Below the pieces are notes generated by a model that searched no databases, was not told the DNA's origin, and saw nothing but the letters and a program-made list of their open reading frames with translations. The position numbers and the translations under genes are program-made. This document shows, piece after piece, positions 6,910 to 15,392 of a DNA stretch of 32,125 bases (positions within the stretch are counted from its first letter, which is position 1; each line of letters opens with the position of its first letter). This DNA is from a virus (Duplodnaviria; Caudoviricetes). The stretch spans positions 1 to 32,125 of the IMG/VR virus record IMGVR_UViG_3300017747_000630. One strand, given 5' to 3'.

Positions 6910-8666
6910 TATTTATTTTCTTTTGGTAAAAATCCTTTGTTAGGCATATCAATAGGGCGAGTAGAAACTAAAGATGGATTCTTTACTACATAACCATACT
7001 GCTCCGCTTTCTTCCCAGCTATAATTTTAGCATTAGGGGAATTAACATCTATACCTACTCCTTCAAAACTTGCGTATACTCTTTTATTCCATCTGTGATG
7101 ACAAGCACCTCCACCTTTATATAACCAAATATCGTATGTATCAGCCCCTCTCGGCCCCCATCCTTCATTTACTACTTGCTTAGACATAAGTTGAATGTCC
7201 TCTTTACGATAAATCTTATTGGCAGTAGTCATATTCTTACAGAACTTTCTACTTTTCTCTGTAGTGTCTCCAGCATAAACATAACGAGTAATAAACTTTA
7301 CTCCGTCTATTTTTTCGTCTTGCTCTGATTTTGCGTTAGGTCTTGCCGTTCCTGTAGATACAAGGTTAATTATTTTGTCAAATAAAGATAATTTAAGCCC
7401 GTTAGAAAGTATTTCGTTCTCTTTATCGTCAGTATCATAGTCAACTTCAAATTCGTCTATTAGAAGCCAATTTTCATCAGGTTCTTCACCCAAGTCTATA
7501 AGAGCATTAGAGATTAAATCATCGTGTGAACTTAATTCTGTACCCGTCTGTTCAATTACTTGTTCTTGCGTCTGTGCGTTCTCAAGATCATTAAATTCAA
7601 GTGGTTTAAGAGTTCTAAAAAATAGATTAAGGCTAACTCCATTATAGGCTAAAACTTTATCAATAGCGTCTAAAATTACTTCTTGTTTAGGTCTAACTAC
7701 TAAGTTATCAAATAGGATGAAAGAGTTTTGTAACTCATCAGCGTTAGAACTAAAACCATTTGCCGAAGCAATACCAAAAAGCAAAGGAGAAGTAACGTTA
7801 TGCGATAGCATTATCTTACGCATACATTCTTCGCTCAAAGTATTGTACAAATCAGGTGCATCATTAACGGGCATTGCATCTACCGTAGTTTTGCTCTCTG
7901 CGTTGTTATTGAATGCTACGATAACCTTGTGTCCGTCTGTTCCTGAAAGTTGGCTAAGAACTTTAGATTTGATAATATCTTGTTCTTCGGGAGTAGGAAC
8001 TCCGTTGTTAAAGTTGACCACGATACGCCCCGAAAATCCTCTTTGAACCTCATTGATTAAATAGTTAGAAATCTCTTCCTCTAAGACTGCGTAAGGTATA
8101 CCACCTTGGTAGTCTACGTAACTAAAGTACTTCATCCCTACTGAATAAGGCTGAACAATTAGTATCTCTACCTTCTCGCTTCCATATCCAAAAGCTGGGA
8201 TTCTTTCGGGTGCATAGTTGCGTGTATCTTCCCAATTATTAGAATAGTAATACGCTTCTATCTCTCCGTCTTTATTACACTTCTCAGGTGCTAATAGATG
8301 TACCGGAATATGATATAACTTTTGTATCTTTTTTCTATCAGCAGTATAATGTACTTGGAACGCAGCTTGTCCTAACATCTCAAAGTCTAACACCACCTTA
8401 CGCAAGTCTTCAGCACTACACATAGCTTTCATCTGAGCGTACTCATTAGGCTTTTTGTTAGCATCCGTTGCACTAAGTCCTTTTCCGTAGATTAGACGAG
8501 AGATATTGTTTATTATAGCATTGTTTGTAGTAGAGTTTTTGTAACGCTCCATAAGGAAAGTATAGTAAGAATTGTTCTCACCATAAGTAACCCATTCGTG
8601 TTTTTTACTTTCTTCTACTACAGGCGGTTCGTATTGCGCCAGCTTAAGTACGTGTATATTACTCAT
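6909..8666 (-). CDS. Portal protein with C-terminal MuF/head-morphogenesis-like extension
   Basis: First ~370 aa portal-like (YGENNSYY, VTSPLLFGI, FSSNADEL); C-terminal RYVY..SRKFC..KIYRKEDI..YDIWLYKGGGACHHRW domain. Confidence 0.82.
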   Translation of the reverse strand: MSNIHVLKLAQYEPPVVEESKKHEWVTYGENNSYYTFLMERYKNSTTNNAIINNISRLIYGKGLSATDANKKPNEYAQMKAMCSAEDLRKVVLDFEMLGQAAFQVHYTADRKKIQKLYHIPVHLLAPEKCNKDGEIEAYYYSNNWEDTRNYAPERIPAFGYGSEKVEILIVQPYSVGMKYFSYVDYQGGIPYAVLEEEISNYLINEVQRGFSGRIVVNFNNGVPTPEEQDIIKSKVLSQLSGTDGHKVIVAFNNNAESKTTVDAMPVNDAPDLYNTLSEECMRKIMLSHNVTSPLLFGIASANGFSSNADELQNSFILFDNLVVRPKQEVILDAIDKVLAYNGVSLNLFFRTLKPLEFNDLENAQTQEQVIEQTGTELSSHDDLISNALIDLGEEPDENWLLIDEFEVDYDTDDKENEILSNGLKLSLFDKIINLVSTGTARPNAKSEQDEKIDGVKFITRYVYAGDTTEKSRKFCKNMTTANKIYRKEDIQLMSKQVVNEGWGPRGADTYDIWLYKGGGACHHRWNKRVYASFEGVGIDVNSPNAKIIAGKKAEQYGYVVKNPSLVSTRPIDMPNKGFLPKENK

Positions 8667-8991
8667 AAAGTATAAAGTCGTTATTTGACGTATTCACTAT
8701 GTATTGACCGTTGTTTACGCTAAAAGTCGGTATAGACTGATTAGTACAAAATACCTTGTCTTTGTAAACTATGTCCGTGTTTTGCTTTAGTGTTAGTGTG
8801 TAGTAATGATTCTGCTTTAAAGAAAACGTAGCTGTGATCGTATGGTAATACTGACCTATAACATAAGACGTGATAGTAACGTTTGATGTTACGCCCGTTT
8901 GCTCATCTGTAATCTGCAAAGTATTATAGCTATCCGAACGAGGGATAAATGAAAAACTTTGTGCCGTACCTACTTCCTGTAAGATAATCAT
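8659..8991 (-). CDS. Hypothetical structural protein (beta-rich), upstream of portal
   Basis: ORF track; first gene after a late promoter. Confidence 0.65.
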   Translation of the reverse strand: MIILQEVGTAQSFSFIPRSDSYNTLQITDEQTGVTSNVTITSYVIGQYYHTITATFSLKQNHYYTLTLKQNTDIVYKDKVFCTNQSIPTFSVNNGQYIVNTSNNDFILYE

Positions 8992-8999
8992 ACTATATT

Positions 9000-9022
9000 A
9001 ACTACACTTATCCCAAATTGTT
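9000..9022 (-). promoter_or_regulatory. Late promoter, ECF type AAC-N16-AGTT
   Basis: AAC-AATTTGGGATAAGTGT-AGTT; ATG begins 11 nt after the G. Confidence 0.7.
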
Positions 9023-9025
9023 TTT

Positions 9026-9053
9026 AAAAAGAAAAGGGAGACCGAAGCCTCCC
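9026..9053 (-). terminator. Intrinsic terminator after the major tail gene
   Basis: GGGAGGC-TTCG-GTCTCCC-TTTTCTTTTT. Confidence 0.9.
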
Positions 9054-9086
9054 CAATCTAACACTATGAAAGAAACACTATGAAGT
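9026..9086 (-). ncRNA. Candidate 3'-UTR-derived antisense sRNA with two UUCAUAGUGUU seeds
   Basis: Tandem AACACTATGAA on + strand (9060-9070, 9074-9084); 16/16 complementary to the start region of the 1636 gene. Confidence 0.45.
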
Positions 9087-9626
9087 GACAATAGTAGCGG
9101 AAGACATAACTGTAACCAATCCTGCTTCAGTAGAGCAGTTCAAGAAGTTAGCAGGGATGTTTTCCATACCCGTAAAGGTAAGTGTGTAACCGTTCAAATC
9201 TCCCATTGCAGTACCATTAGAGATAACACCGCTTGTTAAGTCCATTCCACGCTCAAGACCAGCAAGGAAATATTGACCAGCACGAGTTCTAACGATAACG
9301 TGAGGACGTCCGTAAGCCAACAATTTAACTAATTTGTGTTTTGCTGCGCTTTGTTGTTTAAGAGTAACAGTCAAAGTTTGCTCTACGTAAGTAGTTCCGT
9401 TGTCACGGCTCGAAGTAATAGTTTGCTCGAAAGAGTTTGCACCTTTCAATTCAAACTTGTAGATAGAAGAAACAGAATTGACGTCGTCAATCTGATCTGT
9501 TGCTGTTGCGTTGTACGTAATATCTGAAGCAGCGTAATCTCCGTAGTTAATTAGGTAAATTGCATCCAATCCACCAACTGCGGTTTTACACGGTTCTGCT
9601 ACACCATTTGCTATATCACAAGACAT
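9078..9626 (-). CDS. Major tail tube protein
   Basis: MSCDIANG...GGL...SSRDNGTTYVEQTLTVTL...GDLNGYTLTFTG.E pattern; follows the capsid gene. Confidence 0.75.
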   Translation of the reverse strand: MSCDIANGVAEPCKTAVGGLDAIYLINYGDYAASDITYNATATDQIDDVNSVSSIYKFELKGANSFEQTITSSRDNGTTYVEQTLTVTLKQQSAAKHKLVKLLAYGRPHVIVRTRAGQYFLAGLERGMDLTSGVISNGTAMGDLNGYTLTFTGMENIPANFLNCSTEAGLVTVMSSATIVTS

Positions 9627-9649
9627 TTTATTTAGTATTTAAAGTTATT

Positions 9650-9680
9650 AAAAAAAGGGTGGCAGATATTCCACCACCCT
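9650..9680 (-). terminator. Intrinsic terminator after the major capsid gene
   Basis: AGGGTGGTGGA-ATA-TCTGCCACCCT followed by a T-run. Confidence 0.88.
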
Positions 9681-9701
9681 CGTTAATTTAAGTCAGTAAT
9701 A

Positions 9702-10661
9702 TTAGTTAGCTGAGTTTGTTACTCCGTACGTTACGATGTCTCCAGCAAAACCATATTTAGCATCAGCTGTAAAACGCATAATTACTCGGCAATTTTCACT
9801 TCCGTCTAATTCACTCATATCCAAAACTTTAACTTGGTTTAGGTCACTCATCAAACCAGTCGCAAAGTGTAGGTTAGAAGTAGTAGTAGCCAAACCTTTG
9901 TTGTTATCCATACCGTTAGCAAGGAAGATTGGAATGCCATCGAAACTCAAAGAACCATTAGTGTACCATTGTGTACCTTGGTTATTAGTACCATTAGCAC
10001 CAAGACCTGAAGCACCAAATCCACCCAAAGCACGGATATAAGCACGTACGATGTTAGAAGAAAGATACAATTTAAGATCAGGCGCACCATACAAACGTGT
10101 AGGGATAGCGTCAACGATAGAACCCAACTGAGCAATAACGTTACCAGCATTTACACCACCACCAACAGCAGCGATTTCTTGTGCAGATGGAAGTTCGGCA
10201 TCTGTAGTCAACTGACGCATAATTCCTGAGAACTCACCAGCTGATGCGTTGTTACCTTCCCAAATAACACCTTCGATGTGAGAAGCTACTTTCTCAGCTA
10301 CGTGTGCGATAAGGAAATCTGCGAAAGATTTAGGAAGAACATCGAATGCTCCATAACCCATCTCAGCAGCTTGCCACGTAGAATGAAAAGATTTTTTACA
10401 CAATTGTAGGTTTACTTGGAACTCTTCAGGTTGAAGAACTTTCTCAGTAAGTGTTACTGTAGAAGTAGCATCAAAGTCACAAGTAGCGTCTTTAACGATT
10501 CCGTCAGTTGCTACCTTTTGGATAACTTGTTTGTACTTTACATTTGGATGGATAGTAAGTCCACCTTGCTCTAAAGTTGGAGCAGAAAGGAGAGCAGCAG
10601 CGATATATTTACCTGCAAATTCTCCCGCATACGTTGTGCTAATCGAAACAGTCGTATCCAT
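9702..10661 (-). CDS. Major capsid protein (HK97 fold)
   Basis: 319 aa after the scaffold, followed by a terminator; TTYAGEFAGKYI...LTEKVLQPEEFQVNLQLCK. Confidence 0.85.
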   Translation of the reverse strand: MDTTVSISTTYAGEFAGKYIAAALLSAPTLEQGGLTIHPNVKYKQVIQKVATDGIVKDATCDFDATSTVTLTEKVLQPEEFQVNLQLCKKSFHSTWQAAEMGYGAFDVLPKSFADFLIAHVAEKVASHIEGVIWEGNNASAGEFSGIMRQLTTDAELPSAQEIAAVGGGVNAGNVIAQLGSIVDAIPTRLYGAPDLKLYLSSNIVRAYIRALGGFGASGLGANGTNNQGTQWYTNGSLSFDGIPIFLANGMDNNKGLATTTSNLHFATGLMSDLNQVKVLDMSELDGSENCRVIMRFTADAKYGFAGDIVTYGVTNSAN

Positions 10662-10688
10662 AATTAATTGATTTTTAAGTTATTAATA

Positions 10689-11297
10689 TTATTTATTAAG
10701 TTTTTCAAGGATTACATCCATAGTAGTTCTTGGCTTCTTAGAAGCAAGTTTAAAGAACTCCGTAGGATTAGTTTTTTCAGGGTTGAAAGAAATAGGTTTT
10801 ACTTCTTCGAGTTCAACTTTTTCAGTAGCTTCTTCAGTAGTAACTTCTGTAGTAGGCTCAACTTTAGAAAACGTTTCCAATTTAGCTTTCAACTCTTCGT
10901 TCTCAAGTTTCAATGCTTCCATCTCAGAGAAGAACGTTTCTTTAATGATAGATTCAACAGTCTTCTTAGGAGTAGATACCTCTACTTCAGCTTCCGCTTC
11001 AACAGGCACTTCCGCTTCAGGTTGTTCCATTGGTGCTTCTTCTTCTTGTGCTGGTGCTTCTTTAACTTCAGCAATGATACCTTCTACTGCTACAACAAGA
11101 ATACGACCGTCTTCTAATTCATATTCACCTACAGGCAAAGGAATTTTTTGTTCGTCTTCTGTCACGATTACTACTGCCATCTCAGGATCAAAAGAATCCG
11201 CTTCGATTACAGTTACTCCATCAGCAAGTTTCATTTGCTCAAGTTTTACTTCCATTCCAAGAAGTTGTTTAATTTGGTTTATTACGTTTGTTTTCAT
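10689..11297 (-). CDS. Scaffolding protein
   Basis: Very acidic, coiled coil; PLPVGEYELEDG motif; directly before the capsid gene. Confidence 0.78.
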   Translation of the reverse strand: MKTNVINQIKQLLGMEVKLEQMKLADGVTVIEADSFDPEMAVVIVTEDEQKIPLPVGEYELEDGRILVVAVEGIIAEVKEAPAQEEEAPMEQPEAEVPVEAEAEVEVSTPKKTVESIIKETFFSEMEALKLENEELKAKLETFSKVEPTTEVTTEEATEKVELEEVKPISFNPEKTNPTEFFKLASKKPRTTMDVILEKLNK

Positions 11298-11303
11298 TAT
11301 TAT

Positions 11304-11711
11304 TTATTTAATAGAAACTCTAATATCAGCTAATCCTTTTGCTGTGTTTTGAATAGTTGCTGCGTTTGGTTTAAGAACTTTTAATTCGTCTTTCATCTTT
11401 TTTTCAATGCCTGTCATATCAGGATCTAAATCAATTCCTAATTCTTTTGCTTTTGCTTTCAATGTATTTAAATCACCAAGTGTAGCATTTGCGGCTCCAG
11501 CTAATGCAGCGTAATTATTATAGGCATCAATAACCACATTTTCAGCCTTGCTAATTGCTTTTTTAGCAGCATCTCTTTGACCTAAATATTTCTGAAATCC
11601 TGCAATAATGTCATCTCTCAGTCCTAATTCAACTCTATGATTAGCTAATTTAACCTCTTCAATTTTATTAGCTTTTTCAATCTTTGATAGAATGTTATTA
11701 ATGTTGCTCAT
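11304..11711 (-). CDS. Helical 135-aa protein, candidate internal head protein
   Basis: First gene after a late promoter; N-terminal EVKLA and RVELG motifs resemble motifs in scaffold and protease. Confidence 0.6.
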   Translation of the reverse strand: MSNINNILSKIEKANKIEEVKLANHRVELGLRDDIIAGFQKYLGQRDAAKKAISKAENVVIDAYNNYAALAGAANATLGDLNTLKAKAKELGIDLDPDMTGIEKKMKDELKVLKPNAATIQNTAKGLADIRVSIK

Positions 11712-11732
11712 AATACTATTACTTTTCTATTT

Positions 11733-11756
11733 AACTTATTCGTGTTTTGTCTGTTG
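11733..11756 (-). promoter_or_regulatory. Late promoter CAAC-N16-AGTT driving scaffold/capsid genes
   Basis: CAAC-AGACAAAACACGAATA-AGTT. Confidence 0.72.
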
Positions 11757-11761
11757 TATTT

Positions 11762-11962
11762 TTACCCGTTAGTAGTTACAATAGTTCTCGGTGCATTCGT
11801 GTTTACTACGGTAGATGTTTCTTGGTTAACGATGCTTCCTACTCCTTGTGCTTGTAGTGTTCCATCGCAGCATTCTGCCTTATACGTTCCGTCATCGCAT
11901 AGACATCCACGTCTACCACCTTTGGGAGATGTGTTACTTAATGTTTTTTGTTTTTTTGCCAT
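11762..11962 (-). CDS. Small Cys-rich head-module protein (66 aa)
   Basis: MAKKQK...TSPKGGRRGCLCDDGTYKAECCDGTLQAQG. Confidence 0.72.
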   Translation of the reverse strand: MAKKQKTLSNTSPKGGRRGCLCDDGTYKAECCDGTLQAQGVGSIVNQETSTVVNTNAPRTIVTTNG

Positions 11963-11977
11963 ATCTATTAGTTTGTA

Positions 11978-12036
11978 TAATATATTAGTCATTATCCGTC
12001 TTTTTAGTGCTTAATGATTAATATATTAGTCGTTAT
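11978..12036. repeat. 18-bp direct repeat containing the palindrome TAATATATTA
   Basis: taatatattagtcattat 11978-11995 and taatatattagtcgttat 12019-12036. Confidence 0.8.
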
Positions 12037-12653
12037 ACTTCGTTTACTGTTAAAATTATACTTGGTGTAGCAGGATAAGGAACCGTTGTATTAGCTGGAT
12101 CGTATCTTAAATCTATTGCATCGTCTTGTGTCCACATTAACTCGCAATATTGACCAGCGGTTAGCTTTATGAAAAAGTTCCACGCTGCTACTAAATAAAT
12201 AGCATTCGCTTGTACTGCTAAGTGAGTTGCCGTATATGCTACATCGGTTCCGTTTTTTCGCATCCATATAATTACTTGCTTACTCGCACCGCCCGTTGTT
12301 CTTTGTAGCTGAGCAGAAAACATTACATTATATACTCCCGTCTTAGAGACAGTAATACGTGTAGGATGTCCGCTTCCGTTATTTGCTATACTTACACCAC
12401 TTGTTGCGTCAGAATCCACAGAGTTAAATCTCATAGCTTCAATACCACCACTTGTACAAGTTTGCGTAGTAGTGTCATAAAACGAACCTCTGTCTTTTGT
12501 TAGAGATGGCTCAATAATTGGTGCTAATCCATCTGCAAAGTCCTGTACGCTAACTCGCTTTATTACATCACTATTTACATCGTCTAAATAAAGTAAGTCC
12601 GCTGGATCAATAGTGGTAAAATCTTTATATCTTATGAAATATGGAATTTCCAT
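12033..12653 (-). CDS. C1q/TNF-like (BclA C-terminal-like) head fibre/decoration protein
   Basis: ITVSKTGVYNVMFSAQL...IWMRKNG...LTAGQYCELMW jelly-roll pattern. Confidence 0.65.
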   Translation of the reverse strand: MEIPYFIRYKDFTTIDPADLLYLDDVNSDVIKRVSVQDFADGLAPIIEPSLTKDRGSFYDTTTQTCTSGGIEAMRFNSVDSDATSGVSIANNGSGHPTRITVSKTGVYNVMFSAQLQRTTGGASKQVIIWMRKNGTDVAYTATHLAVQANAIYLVAAWNFFIKLTAGQYCELMWTQDDAIDLRYDPANTTVPYPATPSIILTVNEV

Positions 12654-12788
12654 TTATCCTTGTCCTGTATAAAGTTTCTTGTAATTTTTACTTGACTTCA
12701 ATTTACTCGCTTTCGTCTTTGCGTGAACATTAGGTCTTTTAACCTTTGGCTTTTTAAGAAAGTTAGTGACGTTAGTTTGCTTCGCCAT
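12654..12788 (-). CDS. 44-aa highly basic peptide (...SKLKSSKNYKKLYTGQG)
   Basis: Manually translated; overlaps the protease end and abuts the next ATG; no acidic residues. Confidence 0.7.
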   Translation of the reverse strand: MAKQTNVTNFLKKPKVKRPNVHAKTKASKLKSSKNYKKLYTGQG

Positions 12789-13377
12789 TGCGGATAATCT
12801 CTTTTATTTTTTCAATAAGTTCGTCTTCTGTTTGTGGATCACTAATCGTATCTTTAAGGCTCATTTCGTATTTGTCTGCGAAGTAACCTTCTATTGAAAA
12901 GCCTTTAACCTTACCTTCTTTTACGTCTTTCCACACCTCATCGTTATTCACCTTCATAGAAATCATCCACGTTCCTACTGGCAAATCAAAACCATATAAT
13001 CTGCTTTTATCCGATTTCTCATCGTCAATGATCCAACTTTCTACTACGCTTAGACCTTCTAACTTGTCTTTGTGTTCGTAGGTAGCGTTATTTTGATTTG
13101 AACGCATAAGGAATAACTCAGAAGCCTTCTTAACCGTTTGCTCACTAAAGAAAATGTAATACTCTTCTTTCTTTTCGTTTACTCGGTAGATTTGTTTATT
13201 AGGAATTAAAGCAGCACCCATTAAGATACGTTTTTCTTCGTCTATCTTTTTAAGTTCTACTTCGTGTTTTCCTAATGCTATAAAGTTTTCCTCTATCGCT
13301 GGAGAATGAACTACGCTAACGGCATCTATACCGCTCATCTCATCTTTCTCGTCTATAACCAATTCTATAATTTTCAT
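12772..13377 (-). CDS. Prohead (serine) protease, XkdF-like
   Basis: PAIEENF, ALIPNKQIYR, ESWI, LPVGTW, GKVKGFSIEG motifs. Confidence 0.82.
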   Translation of the reverse strand: MKIIELVIDEKDEMSGIDAVSVVHSPAIEENFIALGKHEVELKKIDEEKRILMGAALIPNKQIYRVNEKKEEYYIFFSEQTVKKASELFLMRSNQNNATYEHKDKLEGLSVVESWIIDDEKSDKSRLYGFDLPVGTWMISMKVNNDEVWKDVKEGKVKGFSIEGYFADKYEMSLKDTISDPQTEDELIEKIKEIIRNGEAN

Positions 13378-13385
13378 ATCCTAAT

Positions 13386-13409
13386 AACTTTAATACTACC
13401 CGAACGTTG
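13386..13409 (-). promoter_or_regulatory. Late promoter CAAC-N16-AGTT
   Basis: CAAC-GTTCGGGTAGTATTAA-AGTT; ATG begins 11 nt after the G. Confidence 0.72.
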
Positions 13410-15237
13410 CGTAATTAATTCTATTCCTATCTAAGTTCTGTGCTGTCGTAACCTCACCACTCACTACATAGGCTTGTATAGGTTGGTTGCCTAATCCAGC
13501 TAATGGGTTTGTAGCTTGTGCGTTTCCTACTATGTTGAAGTTAGGTGTGATTACAGAAGATGTACCAGCAGCTGAACTTCCACCACTTGGAGAAGATGAC
13601 GTAGAAGAAGTAGCTGAAGATTTAAAATCAGACTTGGCAATGTTAGATATTTGAAGCAAAGCAAATGCCCCAGCAATGGCAGCGGCCACACCTTTAATTA
13701 CAGGACCACCTGGAGTATCTGCATAAGTAGACAAAACTGCTTTATATCCGTCAATAGTAGCACTCGCTATGTTAGCTGCTTTTCTTAATTGAAAGGCTTT
13801 CTTCTGTCTTGATTCGTCTTCACCAGCATTTGATTCTGCTATAGATGCAATTAAATCCAAAGCTAACTTAGCTTGTTGAACACCACTCTTTAAATTGTCT
13901 TCTCTGAGTTGTTTTTTCTTTGCTTCAGCTTCGTCAAAGTTGTCTACGTCTTGTTTGTATAGATCACCTTTAAACTGCATTAGCATTAATTCTTCTTCCT
14001 CTTGTTTAGCTATTGCTTCTTGACGTATTTCGTCTTTTGCTGCTTCAGAGTCTACAAGTTGTTGTCTTAATGCTTCCTCTATATCTTCGGTTAAGATGAA
14101 TTCCTTTTGCTTTTCTAAACGCTCTCTTTCTTCTTTTAATCTTTGCTCTTCTTCTTGCTTTCGTTTTTCGTTAGCTGCTTTTCTATCTTCTGCTTGTTGC
14201 TTCTGAACTTCTATAGCATTCTCACGTACTTTCTCTGCATTTTCTTTATTTTTTTGTACGTTCTCAGCATTAAAGATTTTATTGTCTTGAGATATTTGAT
14301 GGTAATAGTCTTTAGATTGTTTTTGAAGTTCTAAGTATCTTTCACGAGATGTTTTTAATTGCTCACGTACTCCAGCAGCTTCTTCTTCGTTGCCCTGATC
14401 CATTAACTGCTTGTATAGTCTACGTAAATTCTGATAGCTATACTTTTCTTTAACGTGTGCCTGTGCTTTAGCTTCAGCTAATTTAAGCGTGTTTTTAAGT
14501 TCTTGTTCAAAGATTTGTTGTTCTGTTGCGCCTTGCGCTTTCATTAAATCAATACGCTCTTTCTGACGTTTTTCTAAAGCATTGAAATTATCGTCTATTG
14601 CTCGTCTTTGATTCTCTAATGCTTGTGTATATTGTTCTGCTGCTTCTTTCGCGTTTCCAGTTTCTCTTGTGAAGAAAGCAATAGCACCTACCAAAGCTGT
14701 AATAGCAGTAATAACAAGTCCAATAGGATTGGCTTTTAGAACTACGTTAAATGCTTTCATAGCTACAGAAGCAATGTTCGTTCCTATAGCTAATGCTTTT
14801 TGTCCTAATGCAGTTTGACCTATAACGGCTTTTAATTGAACAAAGGAGTCTTTAGCTTCCATCAAGCCTTGTACACCTTGAGATAAAGCCATAGCACTTT
14901 GTACCTGAAGTAATGCTTTTTGTACTCCTTCAGATTCTACACCGATAAGACCTAATGCCCCTTCAAAAGCCTGAAAGCCATTTAACACACCACCAATAGA
15001 AGCAGATAAAGCATTAAACTTAGCGTCAGGGTTGAACGCATCTGTCAACGCTTTAGCATCTCCAATAGCATCTTTTAATTCAGCGGCTTTCTTGGCAGCG
15101 TTTACGGCTTCCTGAGATGTGGCACCGAACTTTTCAGATAATGCAGCTACTTCAGCTTGTGCCTTTCTTAATTCAGATTTTAAATTGCCTACAGAATCCG
15201 TTTTTATTTCGAGTTCTATTACTTTCTTTTCAGCCAT
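13396..15237 (-). CDS. Tape measure protein
   Basis: 613-aa Ala-rich helical/coiled-coil protein; ANPIGLVITAI motif; C-terminal QAYVVSGEVT. Confidence 0.85.
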   Translation of the reverse strand: MAEKKVIELEIKTDSVGNLKSELRKAQAEVAALSEKFGATSQEAVNAAKKAAELKDAIGDAKALTDAFNPDAKFNALSASIGGVLNGFQAFEGALGLIGVESEGVQKALLQVQSAMALSQGVQGLMEAKDSFVQLKAVIGQTALGQKALAIGTNIASVAMKAFNVVLKANPIGLVITAITALVGAIAFFTRETGNAKEAAEQYTQALENQRRAIDDNFNALEKRQKERIDLMKAQGATEQQIFEQELKNTLKLAEAKAQAHVKEKYSYQNLRRLYKQLMDQGNEEEAAGVREQLKTSRERYLELQKQSKDYYHQISQDNKIFNAENVQKNKENAEKVRENAIEVQKQQAEDRKAANEKRKQEEEQRLKEERERLEKQKEFILTEDIEEALRQQLVDSEAAKDEIRQEAIAKQEEEELMLMQFKGDLYKQDVDNFDEAEAKKKQLREDNLKSGVQQAKLALDLIASIAESNAGEDESRQKKAFQLRKAANIASATIDGYKAVLSTYADTPGGPVIKGVAAAIAGAFALLQISNIAKSDFKSSATSSTSSSPSGGSSAAGTSSVITPNFNIVGNAQATNPLAGLGNQPIQAYVVSGEVTTAQNLDRNRINYATFG

Positions 15238-15392
15238 TACTTATAGTCTTTTTCTTTTAACTTACGTTTGCCCTGTTTGTATGCTCCCTTAATACTCTTA
15301 GGTATTTCGTATCTTCCTTTAGCTATATCTATGTAGTCCGACTTTCCGTAGAAATCATCGAGTTTTAGGATGTCTAATATGTGTTTTATCAT
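15237..15392 (-). CDS. 51-aa hypothetical protein (MIKHILDILK...IDIAKGRYEIP)
   Basis: Manually translated; ATGA and TAATG coupling on both sides. Confidence 0.75.
   Translation of the reverse strand: MIKHILDILKLDDFYGKSDYIDIAKGRYEIPKSIKGAYKQGKRKLKEKDYK

Noticed and set aside
9066-9088. + strand mini-ORFs MKETL* and MK* created by the tandem AACACTATGAA
   Set aside because: No + strand promoter seen and too short; kept only as an alternative to the antisense interpretation
9947-10150. Alternative-frame minus ORF inside the capsid gene
   Set aside because: Leu/Val-rich by-product of capsid codon bias; no independent support
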